Shown here: positions 43,535 to 43,765 of the stretch, piece by piece
Numbering within the stretch: position 1 is the first letter of the stretch
Layout of the letters: the number at the start of each line of letters is the position of its first letter
Source: a virus
Taxonomy: Duplodnaviria; Heunggongvirae; Uroviricota; Caudoviricetes
DNA: 43,765 nt
Virus record (IMG/VR): IMGVR_UViG_2917865565_000001
Span: 1-43,765 of that record
Reading direction: 5' to 3' (one strand)
Made by a program: the position numbers and the translations under genes
Notes under the pieces: generated by a model
What the model was told of the DNA's origin: nothing
The model's database searches: none
Seen by the model: the letters and a program-made list of their open reading frames with translations, nothing else

Positions 43535-43765
43535 ATGACAATCAATATTCAGCCGATTCTAATAAACCGCGAGCGTGTTCAGGAGATGCTTGGTGGTATC
43601 TCCAGAACTACTTTTTACCGGAAGCGTAAACAGTGGGAGCAATCAGGGACACCATTCCCTCGGGAAGTGGAAGAAATCCACCCACCGAAAGGCGGCGCCC
43701 TCTTTCGCTACAAGGAAGTTATTCAGTTTTGCAAAGATAAAGGATTGATTTCCGAACACTCTTGA
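43535..43765 (+). CDS. putative excisionase / AlpA-family HTH protein
   Basis: 76 aa ending at the window edge; basic HTH-like segment ISRTTFYRKRKQWEQ; position at distal end of pL operon. Confidence 0.4.
   Translation: MTINIQPILINRERVQEMLGGISRTTFYRKRKQWEQSGTPFPREVEEIHPPKGGALFRYKEVIQFCKDKGLISEHS

Overview
The window is almost entirely a mosaic lambdoid prophage of an Escherichia-type host, with the late genes on the minus strand. Reading from high to low coordinates: (i) an early-left pL operon on the plus strand (N-like antiterminator, ral, cIII-like, putative annealase, ssb, Ea22-like, about eight uncharacterised genes, xis-like ORF at the window edge); (ii) a P22-type immunity region (c2 repressor, cro, c1/cII-like, operators, nutL and nutR); (iii) P22-type replication genes (O-like initiator with an internal iteron origin, DnaB-family helicase); (iv) a nin region (ninB-like, ninE, ninF, ybcO-like, rusA, ninH) containing three small membrane-protein genes; (v) lambda Q with pR', 6S leader and tR'; (vi) two tRNA genes; (vii) a phage-21-type pinholin and SAR endolysin with lambda Rz/Rz1; (viii) bor and cos; (ix) a near-complete lambda morphogenetic cluster Nu1-A-W-B-C-D-E-FI-FII-Z-U-V-G/T-H-M-L-K-I-J-lom; (x) a non-lambda side-tail-fibre module. 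Three late reading frames (portal B, J, stf) are interrupted, two of them at homopolymer runs. The leftmost 2.1 kb is compositionally distinct AT-rich cargo with a two-gene cassette (ATPase-like fragment plus a 347-aa unknown). This is my best candidate for an undescribed accessory or defence system, but it is truncated by the window edge and cannot be assigned from sequence alone. No rRNA, CRISPR array or IS element was found. Protein identities are from my recollection of lambda, P22 and phage 21 proteins, not from database searches.
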